Program-made: the position numbers and the translations under genes
Notes under the pieces: generated by a model
The model's input: the letters and a program-made list of their open reading frames with translations, nothing else
Told to the model about the DNA's origin: nothing
Database searches by the model: none
Shown here: one piece after another, positions 28,299 through 38,488 of the stretch
How positions within the stretch are numbered: the stretch's first letter is position 1
Layout: every line of letters starts with the position of its first letter
NCBI GenBank assembly: GCA_023424475.1
Contig: JAFADX010000005.1
Coordinates: 400 to 64,399 of the forward strand
Origin: Pseudomonadota bacterium
GTDB taxonomy: Bacteria; Pseudomonadota; Alphaproteobacteria; Acetobacterales; Acetobacteraceae
Reading direction: 5' to 3'
Length of the DNA stretch: 64,000 bases

Positions 28299-29099
28299 AT
28301 GCTGCAAATCGATGCTCTGACGCGCCGCTTCGGCGCGAGGACAGCCGTGGACGGTGTCAGCCTCGCGATTCCCGCGGGGCAGATGGTGGGCGTGATCGGC
28401 CGCTCGGGCGCGGGCAAGTCGACGCTGCTGCGCATGCTGAACCGGCTGACCGAGCCCTCCGAGGGCCGGGTCCGCTTCGACGGGACCGACGTGACGGGCC
28501 TGAAGGGCCGCGCGCTGCGCGACTGGCGCATGCGCTGCGCCATGATCTTCCAGCAGTTCAACCTGGTGCAGCGGCTCGACGTGCTGACCAATGTGCTGGT
28601 CGGCCGCCTGAACCGCCGGCCGGTCGTGTCCTCGCTGCTGCGCATGTTCACGGCCGATGAGCGCGCCATGGCGCTCGCCGCGCTCGATCGCTTCGACCTC
28701 GCCGACACCGCCCTGCAGCGCGCCGACACGCTCTCGGGCGGGCAGCAGCAACGGGTGGCCATCGCGCGCGCCCTGCTGCAGGACCCGCGGATCATCCTCG
28801 CCGACGAGCCGATCGCGAGCCTCGATCCGCGCAACGCCCGCATCGTCATGGAGTCGCTGCGCGCGGTGAACCGCGAGGGCATCACCGTCCTCGTCAACCT
28901 GCACGACCTCGATACCGCGCGCGACTACTGCGACCGCATCGTCGCGCTGAATGCCGGCCGGCTCGTCTTCGACGGTCCGCCCGCAGCGCTCACCGCCGCC
29001 CGCATCCGCGAGGTCTACGGCGTGAGCGAGGAGGAATTCGCCGTCGAGGCCGCCGCCGCCGTCGGCGCGATGCCGCAGCGCATCGCCGCCCTCGTCTGA
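28299..29099 (+). CDS. phnC: Phosphonate ABC transporter ATP-binding protein
   Basis: ATG at 28299. [41 protein letters not shown], and gene context with phnD and phnE. Confidence 0.85.
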   Translation: MLQIDALTRRFGARTAVDGVSLAIPAGQMVGVIGRSGAGKSTLLRMLNRLTEPSEGRVRFDGTDVTGLKGRALRDWRMRCAMIFQQFNLVQRLDVLTNVLVGRLNRRPVVSSLLRMFTADERAMALAALDRFDLADTALQRADTLSGGQQQRVAIARALLQDPRIILADEPIASLDPRNARIVMESLRAVNREGITVLVNLHDLDTARDYCDRIVALNAGRLVFDGPPAALTAARIREVYGVSEEEFAVEAAAAVGAMPQRIAALV

Positions 29100-29121
29100 A
29101 CCACCCGCAAGGAGAACCGTC

Positions 29122-30120
29122 ATGATCACCCGCCGCACCCTCGCCGGCCTCACGGCCGGCACGCTGCTCGCGCCCGGCATCGCCGCCGCGCAGCAACAGG
29201 CGATGCGCCGCACGGCCGACGCCGCCACCGCCATGCCGGCGGCCGGCCGCCGCCCCTGGGCGGAACAGGTGCCGCAACTGCGCATCGGCCTGCTCGGCGG
29301 CGAGAACGAGTCCGACCGCCTCGGCCGCTTCGGCGCCTATCGCGATCTGCTGGAGGAAACCTTCAAGGTCCCGACGCGCCTCTTCCCCGCCACCGACTAT
29401 GCGGGCGTCCTGCAGGCCTTCTCGGCCGCGCAGATCGAGATGGCGAGCCTCGGCGCCTCCGGCTACGCCGGCGCCTGGCTCGACACCCATGGCGGCGTCC
29501 AGCCGCTGGTGGTGCCGGAGGAGAACGACGGCTCGATCGCCTATGTCTCGGTGATGGTGGTGCGTGCCGACAGCGGCATCACCACGCTCGAGCAGATGCG
29601 CGGCAAGTCGCTCGCCTGGGCCGATCCGAACTCGACCTCCGGCTACCTCATCCCGCGCTTCGCGCTGCGCCGCGCCGGCATCGGCGTGGAGAGCGGCCAG
29701 TATTTCTCCCGCACCGGCTTCGCCGGTGGGCATGAACAGGGCGTCGTCGCCGTGCTGCAGCGCCAGTACGACGGCGCGATGACCTGGGCCTCGGGCCAGG
29801 GCGACCCGGCGCAGGGATTCTCGCGCGGCAACCTGCGCGCGATGGTCGACAAGGGCATGCTCAAGATGTCCGACCTGCGCATCATCTGGACCTCCGACCC
29901 GATCCCGAACGGTCCGCTCGCCGTGCGCACCGCCCTGCCGGCGGCGTTCAAGGAGGACATGACGCGCTTCCACCTCGCCCTGCCGAAGTCCCATCCGGAC
30001 ATCTATCAGCAGATCGAGCGCGGCGGCGGCATGGGCTACCGCGAAGTCACCCACCGGACCTTCGAGATGATCGTCGAACTGCGGCGCGAGGAAGCCGCGG
30101 CACGCCGCCGGCGCTCGTGA
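29122..30120 (+). CDS. phnD: Phosphonate/phosphite ABC transporter substrate-binding protein
   Basis: 332 aa. LRIGLLGGENESDRL, NSTSGYLIPR and FAGGHEQGVVAV motifs typical of PhnD. Confidence 0.85.
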   Translation: MITRRTLAGLTAGTLLAPGIAAAQQQAMRRTADAATAMPAAGRRPWAEQVPQLRIGLLGGENESDRLGRFGAYRDLLEETFKVPTRLFPATDYAGVLQAFSAAQIEMASLGASGYAGAWLDTHGGVQPLVVPEENDGSIAYVSVMVVRADSGITTLEQMRGKSLAWADPNSTSGYLIPRFALRRAGIGVESGQYFSRTGFAGGHEQGVVAVLQRQYDGAMTWASGQGDPAQGFSRGNLRAMVDKGMLKMSDLRIIWTSDPIPNGPLAVRTALPAAFKEDMTRFHLALPKSHPDIYQQIERGGGMGYREVTHRTFEMIVELRREEAAARRRRS

Positions 30121-31019
30121 GCGCAGCCTTCGGCACCGGCCTCCCCGCGGTCACCCGCGGGGAGGATGCCTATCTTGCCGCCCGCCGGGCGAAGCGCCGG
30201 CAGGCGCTGCTCGGCGGCGCGATCCTGCTCGCCGGCCTGCTCGCCGCCGCCTGGGTCAGCGAGGCCTCGCCCGCGACCCTCTGGGCCGGCCTGCCGCGCA
30301 TCGGCGAATACTTCCATCGAATCCTGCCCGATCTGCGCTGGCACGCCCTGTTCGCCGATTCCGAGACGGAAGGCTCGCTCGCCTTCTGGCTCTACCGCCT
30401 GCCCGAATGGTCCCGGCTGATCTTCGAGACGGCGAACATGGCCGCGCTGGCGACGCTGATGGGCTCGGCGGCCGCGCTGCTGCTGGCCTTCCCCGCCGCG
30501 CGCAACATCGCGCCATCGCCGCTCGCCTACCACCTGGCACGCCGCGCGCTCGAGGCGATGCGCACCGTGCCGGAGATCGTCTACGCCCTGATCTTCGTCT
30601 GGGCCTTCGGCGTCGGGCCGCTTGCCGGCATCCTCGCCATCGCGCTGCATTCGGCCGGCGCCAACGGCAAGCTGTTCGCCGAGGTGATCGAGAATGCCGA
30701 CCTCAAGGCCTGGGACGGCGTGCAGAGCGCCGGCGGATCCTGGCTGCACGGCTGCCGCTTCGCCGTGCTGCCGCAGGTCCTGCCGAACCTCATCTCCTAC
30801 CTGCTGCTGCGCTTCGAGGTGAATATCCGCTCCGCCAGCGTCATCGGCTTCGTCGGCGCCGGCGGCATCGGCGAGGAACTCTACAAGGTGATCTCCTTCA
30901 ACTACTATGAGGAGATCAGCGCCATCGTGCTGCTGATCATCCTGACCGTCTCCAGCGTCGACCTGGTCTCCGAACGCCTGCGCCATGCCGCGATCGGGCG
31001 CCTGGAGGCGGCGCGATGA
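30117..31019 (+). CDS. phnE: Phosphonate ABC transporter permease
   Basis: GTG start overlapping the phnD stop. RTVPEIVYALIFV and VIGFVGAGGIGEELY PhnE motifs. Confidence 0.85.
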   Translation: MSAAFGTGLPAVTRGEDAYLAARRAKRRQALLGGAILLAGLLAAAWVSEASPATLWAGLPRIGEYFHRILPDLRWHALFADSETEGSLAFWLYRLPEWSRLIFETANMAALATLMGSAAALLLAFPAARNIAPSPLAYHLARRALEAMRTVPEIVYALIFVWAFGVGPLAGILAIALHSAGANGKLFAEVIENADLKAWDGVQSAGGSWLHGCRFAVLPQVLPNLISYLLLRFEVNIRSASVIGFVGAGGIGEELYKVISFNYYEEISAIVLLIILTVSSVDLVSERLRHAAIGRLEAAR

Positions 31020-31852
31020 ACATGGCCCCGAACGTCGCGATGTGGCGGGAGCGCATGCCTGCCGCCTTCGGTGCGACGCCGGCGCGGCGCGCGATGCGCG
31101 TGCTGGGCTGGGCGCTGTTCCTGGCCTGGCTCGCGGGCGCGCTGTGGTGGTTCGGCTTCAGCCCGCAGCGGCTGTGGAACGGCCTTTCGGGCCTCGCGAC
31201 CATCCTGCGGCTGATGGTCCCGCCCTCGCCCGGCGAACTCTGGGCGGATATCCTGAAGGGCATGGCCGAGAGCGTGGCGATGGCCTTCCTCGGCACCTTC
31301 TTCGCCGCGCTCGTCGCGGTGCCGATCGGCTTCCTCGGCGCCCGCAACATCGTCACCAGCATGCTGTTCCGCTTCTCGCTGAGGCGCGTGCTCGACGGCT
31401 TCCGCGGCGTGGACCAGCTCATCTGGGCGCTGGCCTATGTCCGCGCTGTGGGGCTCGGGCCGCTCGCCGGCGTGCTTGCCATCTTCACCGCCGACGTCGC
31501 CGTGCTGGCGAAGCTCTATGCCGAGGCGATCGAGAATGCCGAGAGGAAGCAGGCCGAGGGCGTGGTTGCCGCGGGCGGCGGGCGCCTCGCCGCCATCCGC
31601 TTCGGCGTGCTGCCGCAGGTGGCCCCGGTCATGCTCGCCCAGGCGCTCTACTTCTTCGAGAGCAACACGCGCTCCGCCGCCATCCTCGGCGTCGTCGGCG
31701 CCGGCGGCATCGGGCTGCAGATCGCCGAGCGCATCCGCGTCCGCCACTGGGACGAAGTCGCCTTCATCATCATCCTGATGATCGTCACCGTGGCCATCAT
31801 CGACACCGTCTCCGGCCGGATCCGCCGCCGCCTCATCGGCACGCGCGGCTGA
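31016..31852 (+). CDS. phnE: Phosphonate ABC transporter permease (second copy)
   Basis: Overlaps the previous gene by 4 nt. RGVDQLIWALAYV and ILGVVGAGGIGLQI PhnE motifs. Confidence 0.85.
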   Translation: MNMAPNVAMWRERMPAAFGATPARRAMRVLGWALFLAWLAGALWWFGFSPQRLWNGLSGLATILRLMVPPSPGELWADILKGMAESVAMAFLGTFFAALVAVPIGFLGARNIVTSMLFRFSLRRVLDGFRGVDQLIWALAYVRAVGLGPLAGVLAIFTADVAVLAKLYAEAIENAERKQAEGVVAAGGGRLAAIRFGVLPQVAPVMLAQALYFFESNTRSAAILGVVGAGGIGLQIAERIRVRHWDEVAFIIILMIVTVAIIDTVSGRIRRRLIGTRG

Positions 31853-31860
31853 GCCCTGTT

Positions 31861-31882
31861 GCGGGGCGGGGCGCCGCCCCGC
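31861..31882 (+). terminator. Perfect 9-bp GC hairpin after phnE (GCGGGGCGG-GGCG-CCGCCCCGC)
   Basis: Read directly from the sequence, 9 nt after the stop at 31852. There is no U-tract, so its termination role is uncertain. Confidence 0.35.
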
Positions 31883-31914
31883 ATCCTCCCTTCTCCGGCA
31901 AGAGGGAGGCGACG

Positions 31915-32313
31915 ATGAGGAAGGGCTACAAGGCGCTGCTGGCCGAGGCCGAGGCCGTCATCGACACGGTCCCCGTGGAACAGGCGCTGAGCCTGCACGG
32001 CGATCCCGGCGTGGTCTTCGTCGACCTGCGCGACCCGCGCGAGATCCAGCGCGAAGGCCGCATCCCCGGATCCTTCTCCTGCCCGCGCGGGATGCTGGAA
32101 TTCTGGATCGACCCGGAAAGCCCCTATGCCAAGCCGGTCTTCGCCGAGGACAAGCGCTTCCTGTTCTACTGCGCGAGCGGCTGGCGATCCGCCCTGGCGG
32201 CAAGGACGGCGCAGGAGATGGGGCTGGAGAGGGTCGCCCATGTCGGGGGCGGGTTCACGGCCTGGAAGAAGGATGGCGGCGCGGTGGAACTGCCTGAGCC
32301 GAAGAAGGGGTGA
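31915..32313 (+). CDS. Rhodanese-like domain protein (sulfurtransferase)
   Basis: ATG at 31915 preceded by AGAGGGAGG. FVDLRDPREI..GRIPGS and the active-site loop FYCASGWRSALA. Confidence 0.75.
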   Translation: MRKGYKALLAEAEAVIDTVPVEQALSLHGDPGVVFVDLRDPREIQREGRIPGSFSCPRGMLEFWIDPESPYAKPVFAEDKRFLFYCASGWRSALAARTAQEMGLERVAHVGGGFTAWKKDGGAVELPEPKKG

Positions 32314-32447
32314 GCGGGGAGGGGCGCCGCCGGCCCCATGGGCGCCCCGGCGCCGAATGGGGCAATACTCCTGCCCGCCGCCCAAGGAACACGCAACATC
32401 GGCGCAGCAGGCCGGGCGGCCCGGCCCTGCCGGGTAGCGCGCGACGC

Positions 32448-32897
32448 TCAGTCGTCCCGGTCGCGCTGCGCCGCCTGGGACTGCGCGGCCAGGGCGCGGG
32501 CCATCTGGCTCAGCGCCTCCTGATGCTTGTCGTTGTCGATCATCGCGAAGTTGCGCGCGAGTTCGAGGAACATGCGCTGTCGCGGGGAGACCGGCTGCGC
32601 CTCCGACCCGTCCCCAAGTCCCTCGAAGAAATAGGAAATCGGCACGTCCAGCACCTGCGCGATCTCGAACAGCCGGCCGGCGGAGATCCGGTTCAGCCCG
32701 CGTTCGTATTTGTGCGCCTGCTGGTAGGTCACGCCGATCATGCGCGCCAGCTGCTGCTGCGACAGACCAAGCGTCGTTCGCCGCTCTCGGATCCGAGCGC
32801 CGACGTGATGATCGACGACGCTCGCGCGCTGCGTGGCGCTCTCATCGTCGTGGGTCGGGTCGCCCGAGGGCGACTGGGAGGGGGATGGCAGTCTCAT
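32448..32897 (-). CDS. XRE-family helix-turn-helix transcriptional regulator
   Basis: 149 aa. VGARIRERRTTLGLSQQQLARMIGVTYQQAHKYERGLNRISAGRLFEIAQVL HTH domain. Confidence 0.75.
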   Translation of the reverse strand: MRLPSPSQSPSGDPTHDDESATQRASVVDHHVGARIRERRTTLGLSQQQLARMIGVTYQQAHKYERGLNRISAGRLFEIAQVLDVPISYFFEGLGDGSEAQPVSPRQRMFLELARNFAMIDNDKHQEALSQMARALAAQSQAAQRDRDD

Positions 32898-32993
32898 GGC
32901 GGCGCCCTAAAGCCTACACCGTGACGCTGTAACTTAATACTGGATTTTCTACTTATGCGAGCATCACGCGAACGTGATGTGCGCCGATCAACC

Positions 32994-33608
32994 CTAGTCC
33001 TTCGGCCGGACCTCGCGCAACTTCGCCAGTTCCCGCCTCAACGATTCGATCTCCTGACGCATCGCCTCGACCTCGGGGAGGGCCGCCGGCCCGCCTTCCT
33101 CCCGGCGGCCGAAGGGCGCGAACAGGCTCATGGCCCGTTCCATCATGGCCATGTTCTGCTTCCCGAGTTCCTCGAGGTTACCGAAATTCGACGGAAAGGG
33201 CATGAAGCCGCCCATGGTCTGTTCCATCGTGCGGCGCATCTGTTCCTGCTGCCGCGCGAAGGAGGACATGGCGAATTCGAGGTAGCGGGGCACCAGCCCC
33301 TGCAGGTTGTCGCCGTAGTAGCCGATGAGCTGGCGGAGGAAGGCGGTCGGCAGCAGGTTCTGCCCGCCCTTGCTCTCTTCCTCCACGATGATCTGCGTGA
33401 GCACCGAGCGCGTGATGTCGTCCCCGGTCTTTGCGTCGTAGACGACGAAATCCCGCCCGTCGCGGACCATCTTCGCAAGGTCATCGAGCGTGACGTAGGA
33501 CGAGGCCTCGGTATTGTAGAGACGCCGGTTCGCGTACTTCTTCACGACCACGGGCGGCAAGGAGGCCTCGCCCGCCTGCGCGCCGGTGGTCGCCGTGCTG
33601 CCCGCCAT
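32994..33608 (-). CDS. phaR: Polyhydroxyalkanoate synthesis repressor PhaR
   Basis: Start at MAGSTATTG. VVKKYANRRLYNTEASSYVTLDDLAKMVRDGRDFVVYDAKTGDDITRSVLTQII is the canonical PhaR N-terminus. Confidence 0.85.
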   Translation of the reverse strand: MAGSTATTGAQAGEASLPPVVVKKYANRRLYNTEASSYVTLDDLAKMVRDGRDFVVYDAKTGDDITRSVLTQIIVEEESKGGQNLLPTAFLRQLIGYYGDNLQGLVPRYLEFAMSSFARQQEQMRRTMEQTMGGFMPFPSNFGNLEELGKQNMAMMERAMSLFAPFGRREEGGPAALPEVEAMRQEIESLRRELAKLREVRPKD

Positions 33609-33738
33609 GGGTTCTCCGTTCACTGAACCGTCTCTGCTTCTCAGCTTAGCACGCATCTTGCGTTGCAGCGAAAGGCACAATCGGCACGTTCCGTCGCCGG
33701 CCCGCGCACGGTATGGTCCGCCGCGGCGAGGAGCCCCG

Positions 33739-34134
33739 ATGGAACGACCAGAGGATCTCGACAGCCTCGCGGAGGACTGGATCACGCTGTGGCAGAGCGA
33801 GATCGCCGGATTGGCGGCCGATCCCGAACTGGCCGAGCAATGGGCCGCCTGGGCAGCGCTCGGGGCGGCGTGGATGCGTGCGGCCACCGCCATGGCGCCG
33901 CCCTACCGGGGCGGCGGGCGTGACGTTCCCCCTGCGCCGCCGGGGCCCCCGCCCGCTTCCGCTCCATCTGGGCCTGGCGGGGATGCGGGCGCTCGCCGCG
34001 ACGGCGAGCCTGCCGGGGATGGCATGGCCCGGCGCCTGGCCGAGCTCGAACGCCGGCTGGCCGATCTCGAAGGCGGGCCAGGCGGAGCGGGACCGGATCC
34101 TGGCCGCCCTCGCCGGCGGCGGCCACGCAACTGA
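33739..34134 (+). CDS. Small hypothetical protein (Trp/Ala-rich N-terminus, [16 protein letters not shown] coiled-coil-like segment); possibly the displaced N-terminus or a partner subunit of the downstream PHA synthase
   Basis: ATG at 33739 after GGCGAGGAG. High GC3 up to about 34075, after which the frame looks non-coding while the +1 frame becomes coding. Confidence 0.4.
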   Translation: MERPEDLDSLAEDWITLWQSEIAGLAADPELAEQWAAWAALGAAWMRAATAMAPPYRGGGRDVPPAPPGPPPASAPSGPGGDAGARRDGEPAGDGMARRLAELERRLADLEGGPGGAGPDPGRPRRRRPRN

Positions 34135-35152
34135 GGCGCTGCGCGACGCCGTCCTGAAGCGCCTGCTTCGTGCCGACCGCGCGCTGATCGCCGGCATGGC
34201 GGCCTATCGCCGCCACCCTTTTGCGCGCGAGGCCGCCGATCCGCCCGCCATCTGGACCGAGGGCGGCTCCCGCCTGCTGGACTTCGGTGGCGAGGGTCCC
34301 ACGGTCCTGTTCGTCCCCTCCCTGGTGAACCGGGCCTATGTGCTGGACCTGGTGCCGGACCGCTCGCTGATGCGCTGGCTGCCCGGGCAGGGCTTCCGCA
34401 CTCTGCTGCTCGACTGGGGCTGGCCCGGGGAGGCCGAGCGGCTCTTCACCCTGACCGACTACGTCGCCGGCCGCCTCGAGCGCGCCCTGGCGGCCGCCCC
34501 GGGCCCGGTGGTGCTGGCGGGCTACTGCATGGGCGGCCTGCTCGCCCTGGCCGCGGCGCTGCGCCGCCCCGACCGCGTCCGCGCCCTCGCCCTGCTCGCG
34601 ACGCCCTGGGACTTCCACGCCGGCCCCGACGGGCCGCGGCGGGCCCGCACCGCCGCGGCGCTGCTGCCGGGGCTGGAGACGCTGATGGACCCGACCGGCG
34701 CGCTGCCGGTCGATGCCATCCAGTCGCTCTTCGCCATGCTCGACCCCTTCGGCGTCGGGCAGAAGTTCCGCGCCTTCGCGCGGCTCGACCCGGCCTCGGA
34801 GCGCGCCCGCCTCTTCGTCGCGCTCGAGGACTGGCTGAACGACGGCGTGCCGCTGCCCGCGCCGGTGGCGCGGCAGTGCCTGGCCGGCTGGTACGGCCGG
34901 AACGAGCCGGGGCGCCTCGCCTGGCGCATCGCCGGCCAGGTGATGGACCCCGCCGCCTGGGCCGGCCCGGGCTTCGTCGCCATCCCCGAACGCGACCGCA
35001 TCGTGCCCCCGGCCTCGGCCGCGGCGGCGGCGGCGCGCCTGCCCTCGGCCGTGGTGCATGTAGCCGCGGGGGGCCATATCGGCATGGTGGCCGGAGCCGG
35101 TGCGGAATCGGCGCTCTGGCGCCCCTTCGCGACATGGCTCGGACGCTTGTAG
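34019..35152 (+). CDS. Class-III-like PHA synthase / alpha-beta hydrolase (PhaC-like)
   Basis: [36 protein letters not shown] and the lipase-box-like GYCMGG (34520-34537) match the class III PhaC pattern. The start is uncertain: ATG at 34019 overlaps the small ORF, and the alternative is ATG at 34196. Confidence 0.7.
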   Translation: MAWPGAWPSSNAGWPISKAGQAERDRILAALAGGGHATEALRDAVLKRLLRADRALIAGMAAYRRHPFAREAADPPAIWTEGGSRLLDFGGEGPTVLFVPSLVNRAYVLDLVPDRSLMRWLPGQGFRTLLLDWGWPGEAERLFTLTDYVAGRLERALAAAPGPVVLAGYCMGGLLALAAALRRPDRVRALALLATPWDFHAGPDGPRRARTAAALLPGLETLMDPTGALPVDAIQSLFAMLDPFGVGQKFRAFARLDPASERARLFVALEDWLNDGVPLPAPVARQCLAGWYGRNEPGRLAWRIAGQVMDPAAWAGPGFVAIPERDRIVPPASAAAAAARLPSAVVHVAAGGHIGMVAGAGAESALWRPFATWLGRL

Positions 35153-35210
35153 CCACCCCCCGCCCGGGCGCATGCTGCGCCGCAATGCCTTTCAGGGAGA
35201 ATACCCGGTC

Positions 35211-36383
35211 ATGACCGAAATCGTCATCGCCTCCGCCGCCCGCACGCCGGTCGGCTCCTTCAACGGGGCCTTCGCTTCCGTCCCGGCGCATGTGCTCGGC
35301 ACCGCCGCGATCAAGGCCGCGATGGAGCGGGCGAAGGTTGGGGGCGCGGAGGTGGACGAGGTCATCATGGGCCAGATCCTGACCGCCGCCTCGGGCCAGA
35401 ACCCGGCCCGCCAGGCCTCCGTGAATGCCGGCATCCCGGTCGAGCACACCGCCTTCGGCATCAACCAGCTCTGCGGCTCCGGCCTGCGCGCGGTCGCCCT
35501 CGCGGCCCAGCAGATCGCCTCGGGCGACGCGACGATCATGGTCGCGGGCGGGCAGGAGAGCATGACCCAGGCGCCGCACGCCCAGCAGCTTCGCGCCGGG
35601 CAGAAGATGGGCGACCTCGCGCTGATCGACACCATGCTGCGCGACGGGCTGATGGATGCCTTCCACGGCTACCACATGGGCAACACGGCCGAGAATGTTG
35701 CCCAGAAGTTCCAGATCACCCGCGCCGAACAGGACGAGTTCGCCTTCAACTCCCAGCGCAAGGCGGGCGAGGCGATGAAGGCCGGCCGCTTCAAGGACGA
35801 GATCGTCCCGGTCACCGTGAAGGGCCGCAAGGGCGATGTCGTCGTCAGCGACGACGAATACCCGAAGCCCGAGACCACGATGGAAGTGCTCGCCAGGCTG
35901 CGCGCCGCCTTTTCGAAGGACGGCACGGTCACGGCCGGCAATGCCTCGGGCATCAACGACGGCGCCGCCGCGGTGGTGGTGATGACGGCGGCCGAGGCCG
36001 CGAAGCGCGGCATTACGCCGATGGCGCGCATCGTGTCCTGGGCGACCGCCGGCGTCGATCCCTCGATCATGGGCACGGGGCCGATCCCGGCCTCGCGCAA
36101 GGCGCTGAAGAAGGCCGGCTGGTCGGTCGACGACCTCGACCTGATCGAGGCGAACGAGGCCTTCGCCGCCCAGGCGCTGGCGGTGAACAAGGACCTCGGC
36201 TGGGATACCTCGAAGGTCAACGTGAACGGCGGGGCGATCGCCCTCGGCCACCCGATCGGCGCCTCGGGCGCGCGGGTCCTGACCACGCTGCTGTTCGAGA
36301 TGCAGAAGCGTGACGCGAAGAAGGGCCTCGCGACGCTGTGCATCGGGGGCGGCATGGGCGTCGCCATGTGCCTCGAGCGGTGA
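35211..36383 (+). CDS. phaA: Acetyl-CoA acetyltransferase (beta-ketothiolase)
   Basis: ATG at 35211. [43 protein letters not shown] and CIGGGMG thiolase signatures. Confidence 0.9.
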   Translation: MTEIVIASAARTPVGSFNGAFASVPAHVLGTAAIKAAMERAKVGGAEVDEVIMGQILTAASGQNPARQASVNAGIPVEHTAFGINQLCGSGLRAVALAAQQIASGDATIMVAGGQESMTQAPHAQQLRAGQKMGDLALIDTMLRDGLMDAFHGYHMGNTAENVAQKFQITRAEQDEFAFNSQRKAGEAMKAGRFKDEIVPVTVKGRKGDVVVSDDEYPKPETTMEVLARLRAAFSKDGTVTAGNASGINDGAAAVVVMTAAEAAKRGITPMARIVSWATAGVDPSIMGTGPIPASRKALKKAGWSVDDLDLIEANEAFAAQALAVNKDLGWDTSKVNVNGGAIALGHPIGASGARVLTTLLFEMQKRDAKKGLATLCIGGGMGVAMCLER

Positions 36384-36443
36384 AGGACGGACCGGAAGGG
36401 GCACTGGCCCCTTCCGCCGGGGCGGCGCCCGGCGCGGCCGCGG

Positions 36444-37328
36444 TCACGCCAACAGGCTGACGATGCTTTCGTGCGGCACGACACCCGGCGGGGTGCGGGA
36501 GATGTGCAGGGCGCGATAGCCGGCGGCGGCCGCGAGCCGCTCCCAGTCACCGTCGTCCAGCACGCGCAGGAAGAAGGGCGGGCTCTGCCAGGGTTCTTCG
36601 TCCGGCAGGACCACCCAGGACAGGCAGACCAGGCCCCGGCGCGCCGCCGCCGGCACCTCCCGCACCAGGAAGAGCGCTCCGTCGCCGAGCGGAACCTTCA
36701 TATGCTGGACCCAGCGCCCCTCGGCGACCGCGCGGGTGTCGAGGTCGGCATGCAGCAGCGCCAGCCCGCCCGGGCGCAGCACGCGGCGGAACTCGGCCAG
36801 GGCCGCGATCTCCTCCGCTTCCTCGTCGAAGTAGCCGAAGGAGTTCCAGAGGTTCAGCAGGAGGTCGAAGGCGCCCCCGGCGACCGGCAGGCGCCGCATG
36901 TCCGCGGCCGCGCGGGGCGTGGGGCCGGCGCGGCGGAGAAGGCTTTCCTGCAGGTCCATGCCGACGACGGCATGGCCCCGTTCGGCCAGCGCCCGCGCAT
37001 GCCGCCCGCTGCCGCAGGGGAGATCGAGGATGCGCAGCGGCCCCTCGCCGAAATGCGCGCCGGCGATGCGCAGCACGGCATCCACCTCGCGCTGCGTGCG
37101 CCCCGCCTCGCCGGTGCCGTCCTGGCCCGGGAAGCGGGCCGCGATCGCCTCATAGGCCGGCCCGAAATAGCCGCGGCCACGCTCGCCCCACCATTCCGGC
37201 CCGGGCTCCGCCACGGCGATGAATTCGGCATCCGCGCAGGTCCAGAGATGCCGTGCTGCCTCGACCGCCACCTGGCGGAAGGGCTCCCGGATCGCCCCCC
37301 GCAGCACCCTGTGATCGCCAGCCATCAT
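36444..37328 (-). CDS. Class I SAM-dependent methyltransferase
   Basis: 294 aa. ILDLPCGSGRHA motif I and LRPGGLALL. Confidence 0.7.
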   Translation of the reverse strand: MMAGDHRVLRGAIREPFRQVAVEAARHLWTCADAEFIAVAEPGPEWWGERGRGYFGPAYEAIAARFPGQDGTGEAGRTQREVDAVLRIAGAHFGEGPLRILDLPCGSGRHARALAERGHAVVGMDLQESLLRRAGPTPRAAADMRRLPVAGGAFDLLLNLWNSFGYFDEEAEEIAALAEFRRVLRPGGLALLHADLDTRAVAEGRWVQHMKVPLGDGALFLVREVPAAARRGLVCLSWVVLPDEEPWQSPPFFLRVLDDGDWERLAAAAGYRALHISRTPPGVVPHESIVSLLA

Positions 37329-37413
37329 CCGGATCCCCGGTATCGGTTCCCAAAGGCCCTCCAGCCTTCGGCGGGGTAGGTCCGGGAGGGGCGGTGCCCC
37401 TCCCGTCCGGGCT

Positions 37414-38385
37414 TCAGAACAGCAGCCCCTTCCTCAGCATCCCGTGCACCCCCTTCTCCCCGTTCACCGTCTGGGTGACGCGGAAATCCACCGCCAGCGA
37501 GCAGAACTGGTACGCATCGGCGTCGGACAGGTTCGTGCGCGAGCAAATGAAGGCGATCATCTCGCGCAGCGCCTGCTTCATGGCGAGGTCGAGATCCTCG
37601 TTCATGCCCATGGTGATGAAGTGGGTCTTCGTCTCGGCGCGCGGGAAGCGCAGTGCCGGGTCGCGGGGACCGCCGCCCTTGACGACCGAGAGGCGGAAAT
37701 GGCCGGTCAGGCAGATCTCGAGCGCATTGATGCAGACCTCGCCATCGCCCTGCACGCCATGCCCGTCGCCCGCCGAGAAGAGCGCCCCCTCGTTGAAGAC
37801 CGGCAGGTAGAGGGTGGTCCCCTCGGTCAGTTCCTTGTTGTCGAGGTTGCCGCCGATCGCGCGCGGCTCCTTGGTGTTGAGCATTCCCCAGTCGCGCGGC
37901 GGGGCGACGCCCATCACCCCGAAGAAGGGCGCGAGGGCGAGTTCGAGCCCATCCTCCGACGGCCCGAAGGGCAGCCGGCAGGACTTCTTCGCGCGGTCCA
38001 CCGGGATGTGGAGGGTGCGGCGGTAGGGAAAGTCCTCCGGCAGCGTGCCGAACAGCGGGCGGAAGCCGCAGAAGCCCCAGTCGGCGCCGAGGTCGATCCT
38101 CTCGATGTCGATGCGCAGGGCGTCGCCGGGCTCCGCGCCCTTCACCTCCACCGGCCCGGTGATGATGTGGGCGCCGAGGCGCGGCAGCTTCTGGTGGATC
38201 TCCCGCAGCATGGGCGGGACCGCCATCATCTTCTCCTGCGGCGGCATCACCTCCGGCCCGCCGGAGAGGCATTCGAGGATCACGACCTCTCCGGACTCGA
38301 CCGAGGCCACCGGCGGGAAGGAGGCGTCGAAGGCGCCCCAGCGGCAATTGTTCAGCGAGGCGGCGACGCGGGTCGGTTCGGCCAT
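37414..38385 (-). CDS. Acetamidase/formamidase-family amidase
   Basis: Start at MAEPTRVAASLNN. ITGPVEVKGAEPGD, GGNLDNKELTEGTTLYLPV and SAGDGHGVQGDGEV motifs. Confidence 0.85.
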   Translation of the reverse strand: MAEPTRVAASLNNCRWGAFDASFPPVASVESGEVVILECLSGGPEVMPPQEKMMAVPPMLREIHQKLPRLGAHIITGPVEVKGAEPGDALRIDIERIDLGADWGFCGFRPLFGTLPEDFPYRRTLHIPVDRAKKSCRLPFGPSEDGLELALAPFFGVMGVAPPRDWGMLNTKEPRAIGGNLDNKELTEGTTLYLPVFNEGALFSAGDGHGVQGDGEVCINALEICLTGHFRLSVVKGGGPRDPALRFPRAETKTHFITMGMNEDLDLAMKQALREMIAFICSRTNLSDADAYQFCSLAVDFRVTQTVNGEKGVHGMLRKGLLF

Positions 38386-38488
38386 GCGAGGGTCCTTGCA
38401 GGTCTGGAGCAGCGCCCGGTCGGGCCCGATGCTCGCGGAAACGCGGCTCCGCAAACCTTGTCGCGAGCCGCGGCGAAGGGCAACGGGC

